Origin: Cyclobacteriaceae bacterium
GTDB taxonomy: Bacteria; Bacteroidota; Bacteroidia; Cytophagales; Cyclobacteriaceae
Assembly (NCBI GenBank): GCA_965278925.1
Contig: OZ257123.1
Coordinates: 2,880,753-2,944,752 of the forward strand
Direction: 5' to 3'
DNA length: 64,000 nucleotides
Position numbers and translations under genes: made by a program. The notes beneath the pieces are model-generated. The model ran no database searches and had not been told where the DNA came from. It saw nothing but the letters and a program-made list of their open reading frames with translations. The stretch's first letter is position 1. Every line of letters begins with the position of its first letter. Below, one piece after another: positions 36,646-47,400 of this stretch.

Positions 36646-37590
36646 ATGAACCCTCCCGAAAACAAAAACACCAAACTCTTTTACGGAATCCTGGTTGCCA
36701 ATATTATTTCAATTGTGCTGGTTGGTTGCAGCAAGTTGTTGGTTAGCCGTCTCGAGGGTGACAATGCCGGCAACAGCTCCGGAGTATTTATTTTCTCGAG
36801 CTTTGTTATAGTGCCTTTGTTAATGGGGTTGGTAAGCGCCTGGTTTTGGCGTTCGTTGCAACTCAAAACATCAGGCTACATCGGTTGGTCGGCTGTAAGC
36901 TCATTGGTTGCAATCCTTGCCAGTTTTCTTTTTCTAAGCGAAGGCGCAATTTGCCTCATCATTGTGTCGCCTCTCATTTTTGGTTTCGTGGTGGCGGGCG
37001 CCCTGATTGGTCGGGTTATCTATCGTAGAAAAAACAATACCCTCAACTCAAGTATAATCGGCATCCTCCTCGCAGTTGTTGTTGCCGATACGTTCTCTAA
37101 GCATGAAAATATCGGGCTTGTAACTGATACCATGATTGTTAATGCACCCATTGAAAAAGTTTGGCCACACGTGGTAGAATATAAGCCAATCGCACTGGAG
37201 GAAAAGTATTGGTTATTTAAAGTCGGCATGCCAAGCCCGGTAGAAAGCACGGTGGATGGCCACGAAGCAGGCGCAGGCCGCAAGTGCATTTTCTCAAACG
37301 GATATGTGTTTGATGAGAAGATGATAGTCTATAAACCCAATGATGAGTTGACATTCGATATAATCAGTCAGCCGCACGATCCTGAAATTATGGGACATAT
37401 TGATATTTTGCGAGGGCAATTTTTATTAAAAGACAATGGCGATGGCACTACCACTCTCATTGGAAATTCGTGGTATAAACTGTATGTTTTTCCACGGTGG
37501 TATTTCAATATCTGGTCGGAGAGCATCACCCGCAATGTTCATCTTCGGGTGATGGAGCACATAAAAATTCTTAGCGAAGAAAGTGTTTAA
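36646..37590 (+). CDS. Membrane protein with C-terminal SRPBCC/START-like domain
   Basis: TM N-half; VNAPIEKVWPHV, GAGRKCIF, LYVFPRWYFNIW..ITRNVHLRVMEHIK. Confidence 0.75.
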   Translation: MNPPENKNTKLFYGILVANIISIVLVGCSKLLVSRLEGDNAGNSSGVFIFSSFVIVPLLMGLVSAWFWRSLQLKTSGYIGWSAVSSLVAILASFLFLSEGAICLIIVSPLIFGFVVAGALIGRVIYRRKNNTLNSSIIGILLAVVVADTFSKHENIGLVTDTMIVNAPIEKVWPHVVEYKPIALEEKYWLFKVGMPSPVESTVDGHEAGAGRKCIFSNGYVFDEKMIVYKPNDELTFDIISQPHDPEIMGHIDILRGQFLLKDNGDGTTTLIGNSWYKLYVFPRWYFNIWSESITRNVHLRVMEHIKILSEESV

Positions 37591-38017
37591 CTGGGTTGTC
37601 AAATATTTTGGCCTGCTCAAGCATGTGCCTGTTTTGCCGCAACTGTTCGATTCGCTGATGAAGATCGGAACTCTGTTTTACAACAGAAAACTACTTGATT
37701 ACATGGATGACATTGAGAATGAGGTGTTGTCGTGGCCAAACACAACCATACAGGTGCATAAATTTGGTGGCACACAATTTAATTTTCAGACTAAAGAGTT
37801 GGGGCATATCCATGGCAATGGACTGCTCGATGTTTTATTCAGCAGAAAAATGAAATCGGAGCTTACCAAACAATATAAGGTTCAGGATCATCACATTTTT
37901 AAAAATTCGGGGTGGATATCGTTTCAAATAAAAACCGAAGCCGATAAACTAATAGCGATTACACTTTTGCGGCACTCTCACAAAGCTTGTTGCGAAAACC
38001 TGAACACTCCAAAATGA
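37583..38017 (+). CDS. DUF5519/luciferase-family-like small protein
   Basis: HKFGGTQF...ELGHIHGNGLLDV...HH..SGWISF motif recalled from this family; GTG start overlapping the upstream stop. Confidence 0.65.
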   Translation: MFNWVVKYFGLLKHVPVLPQLFDSLMKIGTLFYNRKLLDYMDDIENEVLSWPNTTIQVHKFGGTQFNFQTKELGHIHGNGLLDVLFSRKMKSELTKQYKVQDHHIFKNSGWISFQIKTEADKLIAITLLRHSHKACCENLNTPK

Positions 38018-38544
38018 AAAAATTGTCGCTGGACGAACTAGGCCGCATTTCTGTAGATCAATTTAAAAATGCAGAAAAAATTTCTGTCTCATTACTATTG
38101 GACAATATCCGCAGCCTGCACAATGTAGGCTCTGCGTTTCGCACAGCCGATGCTTTTCGTATCGAAAAAATTTATCTGACAGGCATTACAGGCACCCCAC
38201 CCCATCGCGAAATTCAAAAGACTGCTCTAGGAGCAACTGAATCTGTTGCGTGGGAATATTCAGAAAGCACCTCTGAAGCTATTCAAAAATTGAAAGCGAA
38301 TGGCTATGTGATTGTGATTGTTGAGCAAACAACAGACAGCTTACCCTTGCAAACTTTTTTCGCGGAAAAAGAAAAAAAGTATTGTCTTGTTTTTGGCAAT
38401 GAAGTGCATGGTGTAAGTGAAGAGGCTATTGCCCTTGGAGACTTGGCGCTTGAGATTCCTCAAACCGGAACAAAGCACTCACTTAATATCTCTGTTTGTC
38501 TTGGAATTGTTGTGTGGGAGATGTTTAAGAATTTGCGAATGTAA
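38014..38544 (+). CDS. TrmH/SpoU-family RNA methyltransferase
   Basis: LDNIRSLHNVGSAFRTADAF, VFGNEVHGVS, IPQTGTKHSLNISV; ATGA overlap. Confidence 0.92.
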   Translation: MKKLSLDELGRISVDQFKNAEKISVSLLLDNIRSLHNVGSAFRTADAFRIEKIYLTGITGTPPHREIQKTALGATESVAWEYSESTSEAIQKLKANGYVIVIVEQTTDSLPLQTFFAEKEKKYCLVFGNEVHGVSEEAIALGDLALEIPQTGTKHSLNISVCLGIVVWEMFKNLRM

Positions 38545-38550
38545 CTGACG

Positions 38551-38597
38551 AGGTACGAATTCAATAGCCCGAATTCTGCTATTCGTATTTCGTACTT
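38551..38597. terminator. Stem-loop between convergent genes, built from TTCGTAN/NTACGAA heptamers
   Basis: AGGTACGAA (38551-38559) / TTCGTACTT (38589-38597) with inner AATAGC/GCTATT pairing. Confidence 0.55.
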
Positions 38598-38614
38598 ATA
38601 AAATTCGTAATTCT

Positions 38615-39745
38615 TTACTTCACTGGCACCAACCTCGAAACTGTTCCCGGGTTTTCAGTAGTCACATATATATATCCATCCGGACTTTGTGCCACCGCAC
38701 GCACCCGGCCAATTTTTTCAAGAAGTCTTTCTTCGGCTACAAACTTTCCATTCGCCAATTCCACACGTGCTACAAGTTGAAAGGCCAGCGCCCCCACCAA
38801 CAAATTGCCTTTCCAGTTTGGATACTTATCGCTCGTAACCATCGTCATCCCGCAAGGTGCAATGGATGGAACCCAGTACCGCACAGGTTGCTCCATACCT
38901 TCTTTTTCAGAAATGTCGGATATGGGTTTCCCATTATAATCAATCCCCCAGGTAATTGCAGGCCAGCCATAGTTTTTTCCCTTCTCTACTTTGTTCAATT
39001 CATCTCCACCCTTAGGCCCATGTTCATGATCCCAAAGTGTGTTGGTTTCTTTATCATAATAGAGTCCTTGTGGATTACGGTGACCGTACGACCAGATTTC
39101 AGGTTTTGCACTGGCCTTGTCAACGAACGGATTATCTTTTGGAATCCGACCATCTTCATGCAAGCGCAGAATTTTTCCTAAATGGTTGCTGAGGTCTTGA
39201 GCATTTTCCTTTTTACCCCGCTCGCCTGACGAAAAGAAAATATACCCCTTGCCATCAAACACAATGCGAGAACCGAAGTGCACACCGGAAGTTGAGCTCG
39301 GAGTTGCTTTAAATAGTTCTTCCAGATTTACCAATGCATTTCCTTGCAGTTTAGCCCGTGCTACTACTGTGCCTCCGCCCTTCGTGCCATCTGGTTTTGC
39401 ATAGGTTAAATAGATCCAACCGTTTTTTGCATAGTCAGGATGAAGCTGAATATCCATAAGGCCACCCTGGCCAGCATCAAATACTTTAGGAACTCCGGTT
39501 ATTTTATCAACTAACAATTTTCCGTCTTTAATGATCCGAATCTCACCGCCCTTTTCATTCAACAATATTCTTCCATCAGGCAGAAAAGCAATACCCCAAA
39601 CACTTTGAAGATCGGTAGTTATTGTCTCCAGAATAAATTTTTGTTTCTGAGATGTAATGGTAGAGCCCGCCACAGGCTGGGCGTTTGAGATTGCAACCAT
39701 GCCCACTGCGACTAAAAAAACCAGAATTCTTATCATTGCCTTCAC
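38615..39745 (-). CDS. PQQ-dependent sugar dehydrogenase (glucose/sorbosone dehydrogenase family)
   Basis: GQGGLMDI, HFGSRI, GKILRL, IWSYGHRNPQG, HEHGPKGGDELN, NYGWP. Confidence 0.92.
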   Translation of the reverse strand: MKAMIRILVFLVAVGMVAISNAQPVAGSTITSQKQKFILETITTDLQSVWGIAFLPDGRILLNEKGGEIRIIKDGKLLVDKITGVPKVFDAGQGGLMDIQLHPDYAKNGWIYLTYAKPDGTKGGGTVVARAKLQGNALVNLEELFKATPSSTSGVHFGSRIVFDGKGYIFFSSGERGKKENAQDLSNHLGKILRLHEDGRIPKDNPFVDKASAKPEIWSYGHRNPQGLYYDKETNTLWDHEHGPKGGDELNKVEKGKNYGWPAITWGIDYNGKPISDISEKEGMEQPVRYWVPSIAPCGMTMVTSDKYPNWKGNLLVGALAFQLVARVELANGKFVAEERLLEKIGRVRAVAQSPDGYIYVTTENPGTVSRLVPVK

Positions 39746-39801
39746 TTTAATGCTGGCAAAGATACAGTTATAAATTCCGGTTGAGTTGATTTTCAGAATG
39801 T

Positions 39802-42198
39802 TTATTCATTCCGCAACGTCTCGCTCGGATTGATAACAGCTGCCTTCAGGGCCTGATAAAAAACCGAAAGAAAAGCAATAGCCACCACAATCAAGCCTGC
39901 TCCTACAAATACAAACGGATTGATTGTTACCTGATAGGCAAAATCTGAAAGCCACTGGCTCATGGCATACCACGCGAGCGGCACAACCAATACAAATGCA
40001 ATTATGATCAGGCGCGAAAAATCTTTCGATAACAAAAATACAATCCCGGAAACGGAAGCGCCCAATACTTTACGCACTCCGATTTCTTTCTTTCGCTGCT
40101 CGGTCATAAATGCAGTGAGCCCAAGCAGTCCTAAGCAAGCAATAAGAATAGCCAGCATGGCAAATGAGCCAATCAACACGCCCGTGTTTTGCTCGGCTTT
40201 ATACTGTCGTTCAATAGTTTCATCAACAAACTGATAGGTGAACGGATAATCGGGTGCTAATTTCTTCCACTCCTGTTCAACAAGGGCCAGATGATCTTTC
40301 AAATTACCCGTTGAAAGCTTTACAGACATACACCACATATTACCTGGATCAATTCGCAACACAAGCGGTTCAATTTTTCTGTGCAGCGATCGATAATGAA
40401 AATCTTTTACTACTCCAACTACACGACCAATAGGGTGGCCATCCAACGCCCGGATGGGAGTACCCAGTGGTTTTTCTAGCATGAGATCAGCCACAGCCGC
40501 TTCATTAATCAAATAAGACTCCGTGGAGTCTGTCGCGAACTCTATCGATAGATCGCGCCCTTCTATTATTTCCAATCCAAATGTTTTAAGATAATCATAA
40601 TCTACGATCATGGTGTTCATGCTGCGTTTGGGTATATCCAGGCCAGGGAAATCATATTGCCAGGTGGATGTACTCATGCCCGGAGTGCCATTCGAAAACG
40701 TTACGGACTTGATGGATGAATTGGCTAATAAACTTTCTTTAAACACTTCTTTCTTATCCCACAAAGGCGAGGGTGGATTCATGTACACAATACTCTCCTT
40801 ATCAAAACCAAGATTTTTATTTTGAATGAAACTCATCTGTTGATAAACGATCAGGGTGCCAATCATCAGAAAAGCGGCAACCCCAAACTGCATCACGGTA
40901 AGTATTTTTCTTAATCCTGCATTTCCGGAAGGCCCCACCTGACCTTTTAAAACTTGCGCGGGCACGAAGGAGCTAAGGTAAAATGCAGGATAGCTGCCAG
41001 CCAATATCCCTGTGAACAAACCTGCCAACAGAATGTAAATCAATACACTGTTTTCGCCCAAATAACTGACTTCTAATTGCTGACCTACTAAGGAATTGAA
41101 CATCGGCACCAGCATTTCAAGTAGAATAATTCCAATCACCAGCGAAATAGAGACCAGCATAATCGTTTCCCCTAAAAACTGTTTTATCAATTGATGACGA
41201 AACGCGCCCATCACTTTACGCAAGCCTACTTCTTTGGCACGTTTCATGGCGCGGGCCGTAGAGAGATTCATAAAATTGAAACAGGCAACGATGAGAATAA
41301 GCAAAGCAACCACAGAAAAAATGTAGACATAATTCATGTCTCCGTTGGCCGTGTCTGCTTTTATACCCTGGGTAAAATGAATTTCAGATAAAGGCTGCAG
41401 CCAGTCGCCAAGTGCCTGATTGTTGAACGTCTCTTTTCGGGCTTCGGTAAACTTTTTATCGATGCGCTTTGCCAACCCATCAAGGTCTTTTTCATTGGGG
41501 ATATAAAAATAAGCTGAGTAATTCCATGCATCCAGACTGTTCAAAAATCGATCGGCTGGAAATCCATACTGATCCTCGACCATTTTAGCAATGGTTTCGA
41601 AGGTGGTGAGGTAGGTGAACTGCAAATGCGAATTGGCCGGCACATCTTCAAACACACCCGTGATCTCGTAATCGTATGCGTTATCATACCGAATAACCTG
41701 ACCCACGGCATCACCCGCTGGGAAATACTTATCGGCCACTGATTTTGCTATTGCTATCGTGCCTGGCCGGCTCAATACTGTATTGGCATCGCCCTGCACC
41801 AACCGAAAACTAAACATCTTAAAGAAATCTTTATCAGCAATGGAAAGTGTTTTAGCATCCAGAAACGTATCTCCTTTCCGGATCAACGGACGTTCATTCA
41901 CATCACTAAAACGAGTAAACATTTCTACCTCGCGAAAACTTTCTCCAATCAAAGGCGCAAAGCCTGCGGGCAACATCGTCTGCATGCTTACATTGCCATC
42001 GCGCTCGCCCCGCGGTATATATCGATAAATCGATTCCTTATTTTCGTGGAAGTTTTCGTAGCTCAGTTCAAACCGAACATACAAGGTTACCAGCAGGCAG
42101 CAGGCAAGCCCGATAGCCAGGCCAAAGATGTTGATGGCTGTGTACCCCAGATTTTTATACAAACTTCGGGTGGCAATGAGTAGGTAGCTTTTTAACAT
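39802..42198 (-). CDS. MacB/FtsX-type ABC permease without prefix
   Basis: 798 aa starting MLKSYLLIATRSL; CFNFMNLSTARAMKRAKEVGLRK; EQRKKEIGVRKVLGAS. Confidence 0.93.
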   Translation of the reverse strand: MLKSYLLIATRSLYKNLGYTAINIFGLAIGLACCLLVTLYVRFELSYENFHENKESIYRYIPRGERDGNVSMQTMLPAGFAPLIGESFREVEMFTRFSDVNERPLIRKGDTFLDAKTLSIADKDFFKMFSFRLVQGDANTVLSRPGTIAIAKSVADKYFPAGDAVGQVIRYDNAYDYEITGVFEDVPANSHLQFTYLTTFETIAKMVEDQYGFPADRFLNSLDAWNYSAYFYIPNEKDLDGLAKRIDKKFTEARKETFNNQALGDWLQPLSEIHFTQGIKADTANGDMNYVYIFSVVALLILIVACFNFMNLSTARAMKRAKEVGLRKVMGAFRHQLIKQFLGETIMLVSISLVIGIILLEMLVPMFNSLVGQQLEVSYLGENSVLIYILLAGLFTGILAGSYPAFYLSSFVPAQVLKGQVGPSGNAGLRKILTVMQFGVAAFLMIGTLIVYQQMSFIQNKNLGFDKESIVYMNPPSPLWDKKEVFKESLLANSSIKSVTFSNGTPGMSTSTWQYDFPGLDIPKRSMNTMIVDYDYLKTFGLEIIEGRDLSIEFATDSTESYLINEAAVADLMLEKPLGTPIRALDGHPIGRVVGVVKDFHYRSLHRKIEPLVLRIDPGNMWCMSVKLSTGNLKDHLALVEQEWKKLAPDYPFTYQFVDETIERQYKAEQNTGVLIGSFAMLAILIACLGLLGLTAFMTEQRKKEIGVRKVLGASVSGIVFLLSKDFSRLIIIAFVLVVPLAWYAMSQWLSDFAYQVTINPFVFVGAGLIVVAIAFLSVFYQALKAAVINPSETLRNE

Positions 42199-42346
42199 TT
42201 GGAATTGGGATTTGCTCTATAGACGCAAGATAACAAGGGAGGTTGCACAAAAAAGTATCTCGTTGCTGGTTGGTTGCCATTGGGCCCTTGACCAGTAGCC
42301 AGATTCAATTAAATCTTTGCACCTTTGCGAATAATCTATTCATCCC

Positions 42347-43516
42347 TTGAGTTCTGATCGTTACAATCAACGTGGTGTTTCTGCCAGCAAAGAAGATGTG
42401 CACCTGGCTATTAAAAATCTGGAAAAGGGATTGTTTCCTCAGGCATTCTGCAAAATTGTACCCGACTGGCTGGCTGGCGATCCTGAGTTTTGCACCGTGA
42501 TGCATGCTGATGGAGCTGGCACAAAATCCTCTCTTGCCTACCTGTACTGGAAAGAAACCGGAGACCTGTCGGTATGGAAAGGCATTGCGCAAGATGCCAT
42601 CATCATGAACATTGATGATTTATTATGCGTGGGTGCAACAGGGCCAATCTTACTCTCCTCCACGATAGGCAGAAACAAAAATCTTATTCCTGGCGAAGTA
42701 ATTTCAACAATTATCAACGGCACCGAAGAAGTGCTGGCTATGTTGCGCCTGCATGGCATGGAAATCTATAGTACCGGTGGCGAGACGGCCGATGTGGGCG
42801 ACCTCGTGCGCACCATTATCGTGGATAGCACCGTTACTGCGCGTATGAAACGTAGCGATGTAATCGATAATAAGAATATTCAGGCGGGCGATGTGATTGT
42901 GGGTTTGGCCTCTTACGGAAAAGCTACTTACGAAAGTGAATACAATGGTGGCATGGGCAGCAACGGACTTACCTCAGCCCGGCACGATGTGTTTGCCCAT
43001 GAGTATTCAGCAAAATATCCGGAGACTTTTGATAAGGCCGTACCTGATAATCTGGTTTACTCGGGAAAATATAAAGTGACGGATGAAGTTCCGGATGTAC
43101 CTCTAAATATCGGAAAGCTGGTGTTATCACCTACACGCACCTATGCGCCAGTTATCTTAAAAGTATTGGAAGAACTTCGTGCGCACATTCATGGCATTGT
43201 ACATTGCAGCGGAGGAGCCCAAACCAAGGTGCTGCACTTTATTGAAAACCTGCACGTAGTTAAGGACAATCTGTTTGATGTGCCCCCGCTTTTTAAGTTG
43301 ATACACGAATGCTCGGGCACCGACTGGAAAGAGATGTACAAAGTGTTTAACATGGGGCACCGTATGGAGATTTATTTGCCGGAAAAGTTTGCCGAACAAG
43401 TAATCGACATTTCACAATCGTTCGGAATTGAGGCGCAGGTGGTTGGCAGGGTTGAGGCTAGTTCTGCAAAAAAAGTTACACTCAAAACCCATCACGATGA
43501 GTTTGTTTATCCGTAG
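42347..43516 (+). CDS. purM: Phosphoribosylformylglycinamidine cyclo-ligase (AIR synthase, Bacteroidota type)
   Basis: RYNQRGVSASKEDVH, HADGAGTKS, GGETADVGD, GMGSNGLTSARHD, HCSGGAQTK, VFNMGHRMEIY. Confidence 0.88.
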   Translation: MSSDRYNQRGVSASKEDVHLAIKNLEKGLFPQAFCKIVPDWLAGDPEFCTVMHADGAGTKSSLAYLYWKETGDLSVWKGIAQDAIIMNIDDLLCVGATGPILLSSTIGRNKNLIPGEVISTIINGTEEVLAMLRLHGMEIYSTGGETADVGDLVRTIIVDSTVTARMKRSDVIDNKNIQAGDVIVGLASYGKATYESEYNGGMGSNGLTSARHDVFAHEYSAKYPETFDKAVPDNLVYSGKYKVTDEVPDVPLNIGKLVLSPTRTYAPVILKVLEELRAHIHGIVHCSGGAQTKVLHFIENLHVVKDNLFDVPPLFKLIHECSGTDWKEMYKVFNMGHRMEIYLPEKFAEQVIDISQSFGIEAQVVGRVEASSAKKVTLKTHHDEFVYP

Positions 43517-43621
43517 ATTTTAAAAAAGTTAAGTCAAGTAAGATTATCTAGCTGATTTATTCTTATCTTTCCTATCAGACGGATATGTGGGGAGAATCAA
43601 CACTGCTAATCAAGGCTCCTT

Positions 43622-43915
43622 ATGAAATCAGATACCAATAAGTTCGGTCCCTTTTTCGATCTTCCTCTGATTGTTGGCAATGCCCTCCCGGTAACAATTG
43701 AACCTAACGGAAAACTGACGCTAGATACAGATTTGTGCGAAGGAGCGAATTATTGGATAATACTTTATACTGAAGGTAAAGAAGAGTTTTTACGGATTTT
43801 AGCTACAGAGCCACAGATTGTGGAATATACCAGTATAAGTGGGATTGATTTGCTGGTTACCCATTGGAAGGAAGTGGAAGGGCAAATTGTTCAGTGTGAC
43901 TTAACGATTGATTAA
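43622..43915 (+). CDS. Hypothetical protein, 97 aa, no signal peptide
   Basis: ORF track; first gene of a tightly packed four-gene unit. Confidence 0.65.
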   Translation: MKSDTNKFGPFFDLPLIVGNALPVTIEPNGKLTLDTDLCEGANYWIILYTEGKEEFLRILATEPQIVEYTSISGIDLLVTHWKEVEGQIVQCDLTID

Positions 43916-43921
43916 ATAAGT

Positions 43922-43996
43922 ATGGCAATAAGGACACGGGTAACGACTACTTCAGCTGGAGGAACTGCAACCACTACTACTGTAAATTCCGCATAA
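43922..43996 (+). CDS. 24-aa Thr-rich peptide MAIRTRVTTTSAGGTATTTTVNSA (not in ORF track)
   Basis: ATG 43922 to TAA 43996. It matches the C-terminus of 43998-44411 at 13/21 residues without gaps, and 8 of those 13 use different synonymous codons. A at -3 of the start. Confidence 0.7.
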   Translation: MAIRTRVTTTSAGGTATTTTVNSA

Positions 43997-43997
43997 A

Positions 43998-44411
43998 ATG
44001 AAACAGCTGGTTTTAATTTTCATTTTTATACTCAATGCCCTTTTTGCACATAGTCAAGGTGAATTTCAACATGAGGTTTCAAAAAGAAAATTAGTTCTTC
44101 ATGATTTTACCGGCACAAATCTCAATTTTGAAATTGACTTGGGCGAGAGCAAGCACACATCAGTATCTATTTATATAACATATAACGATGGCTCCGAGCA
44201 GGAAACCATTTTTATTAAAGATGATCTGGCTCTTCAAAAAGCAACATCTAACATTAAATCAATTGTCATCCGGCATAAGAAACGGTTTGGTCTAAGATTC
44301 AACCAAAAACTAAACGATAATGAAAAAGCTAAACGGAAGATCAATCGGGTAAGGGTTTCTTCAGAAACAGCCGGAGGTAGCTCAACAACTACCACAATAA
44401 ATTCCGCATGA
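43998..44411 (+). CDS. Secreted hypothetical protein, 137 aa, with RVRVSSETAGGSSTTTTINSA tail
   Basis: Signal peptide MKQLVLIFIFILNALFAHS; ATGA overlap with the downstream CHAT gene. Confidence 0.75.
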   Translation: MKQLVLIFIFILNALFAHSQGEFQHEVSKRKLVLHDFTGTNLNFEIDLGESKHTSVSIYITYNDGSEQETIFIKDDLALQKATSNIKSIVIRHKKRFGLRFNQKLNDNEKAKRKINRVRVSSETAGGSSTTTTINSA

Positions 44412-47400
44412 TCTCAAGGCTTAAATACGCGAGTTTTTCACTGCTGTTTATTAGCAGTTTAGGACAAGCACAAATTGAGCAATTAGAAAGAAACTTCGAA
44501 ACAGAAAATACAGCGGCCGCTGCGTTTTATCTCAAATCCTTAACAAATCCAATCGAGCACGCACTGTTTGAGGCTGAGCTTTTCTTTCTTGAAGGAAATT
44601 ATAAAAAATCCCGAGAAATACTGCTCCTCCATAAAAATCAGTTTACTTCAAATCGTGAAAAAGGTAAGTTTCACCTTTTGATGGCCATGCTGGATCATAA
44701 GCAGCAGAATTATCCAGAATCAATTAAAGGATTTGAACTGGCCGAGAAACTTTTTGAAATCTGCAAACCAAAAGATAATCTTCTCGCGCAACTAAATTAT
44801 TGGCGCGGGTATGCGCTTCTTGAACAAAAGAAGTTAGAACTATCAGAACAAAACCTACTTAGCGCTTTGAAATTTTATCAACAAGATTCACTTCGCTTTT
44901 TTACAAAAAATGCAAAATTATATTTCTGGTTAGGGACTGTCAAGAACGAAGAACAAGACTTCGATTCTTCAATTTACTTCCTTAAAAGGGCTCTCCGTAC
45001 TTTTGAAAACACTCCACTTGACAAGACCAGGGAGATTGTAAAAATTCATAACAATTTAGGTAATTCTTATGCAGCTATATGGAGCTATAACGAGGCCGTA
45101 AATAATTATCAGAAGGCAATTCAATTAAATAAGGATAAAATCGGAGACCCTATAGAGTTAGCGAATGCATGTTCAAACCTAGGATTATTCTATAATACCT
45201 TCGAAAATCACTTGCAATCTGAGTACTGGTTTAATCAAGCATTTCTATGGATGCAAAAAAGTAACATCGACCCCATAAGGAGAACAATGATACTTCAGAA
45301 CTATGGCGCTTGCTTAGCTAATCGGTATGAGTTTCAAGAAGCGCTTTCAACCTACTTTCAAGCGCTACAAATCGTTACTCAGTATAAAGAAGACCGTGGC
45401 GATATCTATACTCAACTCCTACTCAATATTGCTACAGCCTACAGTAACCTTGACTTGGCATCCAAAGCCGAACCGTATAAGGCTATGGCCAATGAATTTT
45501 TTATTAAGAATAAGGGAAAGTGGCCTAACGAGTATAATGCCTGGCGGCTGTGGGAGGCAATTAGTTTGCGGCAAAATGGAAATTTGGAGACCTCATTGAA
45601 AATCTTACAAGAACTTGAAATTTATTATTCGAAAATTAATACTGATAAATTTTTTGAAGTTGAAAAGCAAAAGGCGATTTGTTTTAATAATCTCAAGCAA
45701 TACGCAGAAAGTAGAAAATACTATGATCAATTGTTGATTCATTTCAAGAAGTTATTTCCAGACTCCCACCCTCAAATAATTTATCTTCTAAATGATCTTG
45801 GTTCATTGTTCGTAAAAGAAAAACAATATGATTCAGCTGGCTATTATTTTCGGTTGGCTAAACAAAATAATCAATTAGCTTCTACGGAAATTAAATCTAA
45901 TCAACTATACGCCTCAAAAATCGAATGGATCGTATCTAACTACTATTTACACATGATTGACCAAAAGAAGTTCACTACCGGTCAGTTATCAGTTGAAGAA
46001 TTACAACAATCTGAAGGCTTGATCTACTCCACTTTATCTGTAATAGAATCCAAACGCATTGAGTTTCGGAACGACCAGGACATCACCAACCTGTATCGTA
46101 TGACGCGCGATTTTTTTGACGAAGCCATGAAGTATTATTTTACACTCTACAACCATACGGGAGACAAACAATACATCGACAAAGCCTTTTTTATTTCCGA
46201 AAAATCAAAATACCAAACTCTGCAAAATGCTATAAAGTTAGATCGGGTCAATGCCTTTGCCGGAGTGACTTCAAAAATAATGGCCGAAGAGCAAAAGCTG
46301 GTAAAGCAAGTGGCGCAATTGGAGTATCAGTACTCACAAGAATTGGCGAAGCAGGAGGAACCTTTGCCCGAACTTGTGCAAGAGTATATCACACAATGGC
46401 GCACCAATTCAAATCGCCACAACGAACTTGTGGATTCTATTAAAAACAACTTGCCGGATTATTATAACCTCAAGTTTAATCGGTCAACTACCGAAATACA
46501 TCAGATACAAAACAGCTTTCTTTCCAACAACCAGGATATGGCCTGGGTCTCTTATTATGTGGGCGAATCTGAAAGCTATGCGATTGCTATCACCCACAAC
46601 GACAAATATTTTATTAAACTTGATGGTGCTGAAAAAATTACGCGACAATTAAAATCATTCAATAATTATGTAAGTCATCAAATGAATAGGGAATTGCAGC
46701 AAGCTTCTTTTGAACTTTACAAAGGGTTGTTTCAAGCTGTGGATAGCTGCTTTCGATTACATTCAAAAAAAATAAAAAAGGTTGTTATTATACCCGATGG
46801 GCCATTGAATTATCTCAACTTCGAACTACTTGGTAAACCCGTTAATAAATCGTGGCATTACGCACTTTACGATTATCAGTTTTCGTATGGATATTCTTCT
46901 ACTTTGTTATGGACAGAGTTTTCAGATCAGCAGAAATGGAATGTGAACACAACCAGTATGGTTGGTTTCGCACCTGAGTTTGTGCGCGGCTCGGGTCCGC
47001 TGATGAACGAATCCACCCGCGAAGGTTCAGAAAAACCCGGATACGATTCATTTGATTTCAGTCCGCTCCAAAAAAACCAGGATGAAGTTGTTCAGGTGGC
47101 TGAGATTCTAAAGCAGAAAAAAATCAAGACGGCTGTTTTTTTAGGGCCACAAGCCGATGAGGCTTCATTCAAAAAAGCTAATCTTGGGTCGTATAATATT
47201 ATACACCTTGCCACACATGGTTTTGTTTCAAACCAATCACAAAATGTGGCGGGTATCGCCTTTGCAAAAAATCAAAACTCATCCGATGATGGCATTCTTT
47301 ACATGGACGAGATTTTCTCATTAAAAAACAAAGCTAATCTTGTTTGCTTGTCGGCATGCGAAACAGGAAGCGGAATATTTCAAGAAGGAGAAGGACTTGT

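Noticed and set aside
43922-43996. RiPP (lanthipeptide or similar) precursor, suggested by Ser/Thr richness and GG
   Set aside because: No dehydratase, cyclase, YcaO, radical SAM or peptidase-containing ABC exporter nearby and no Cys. Kept only as a protease-associated peptide.
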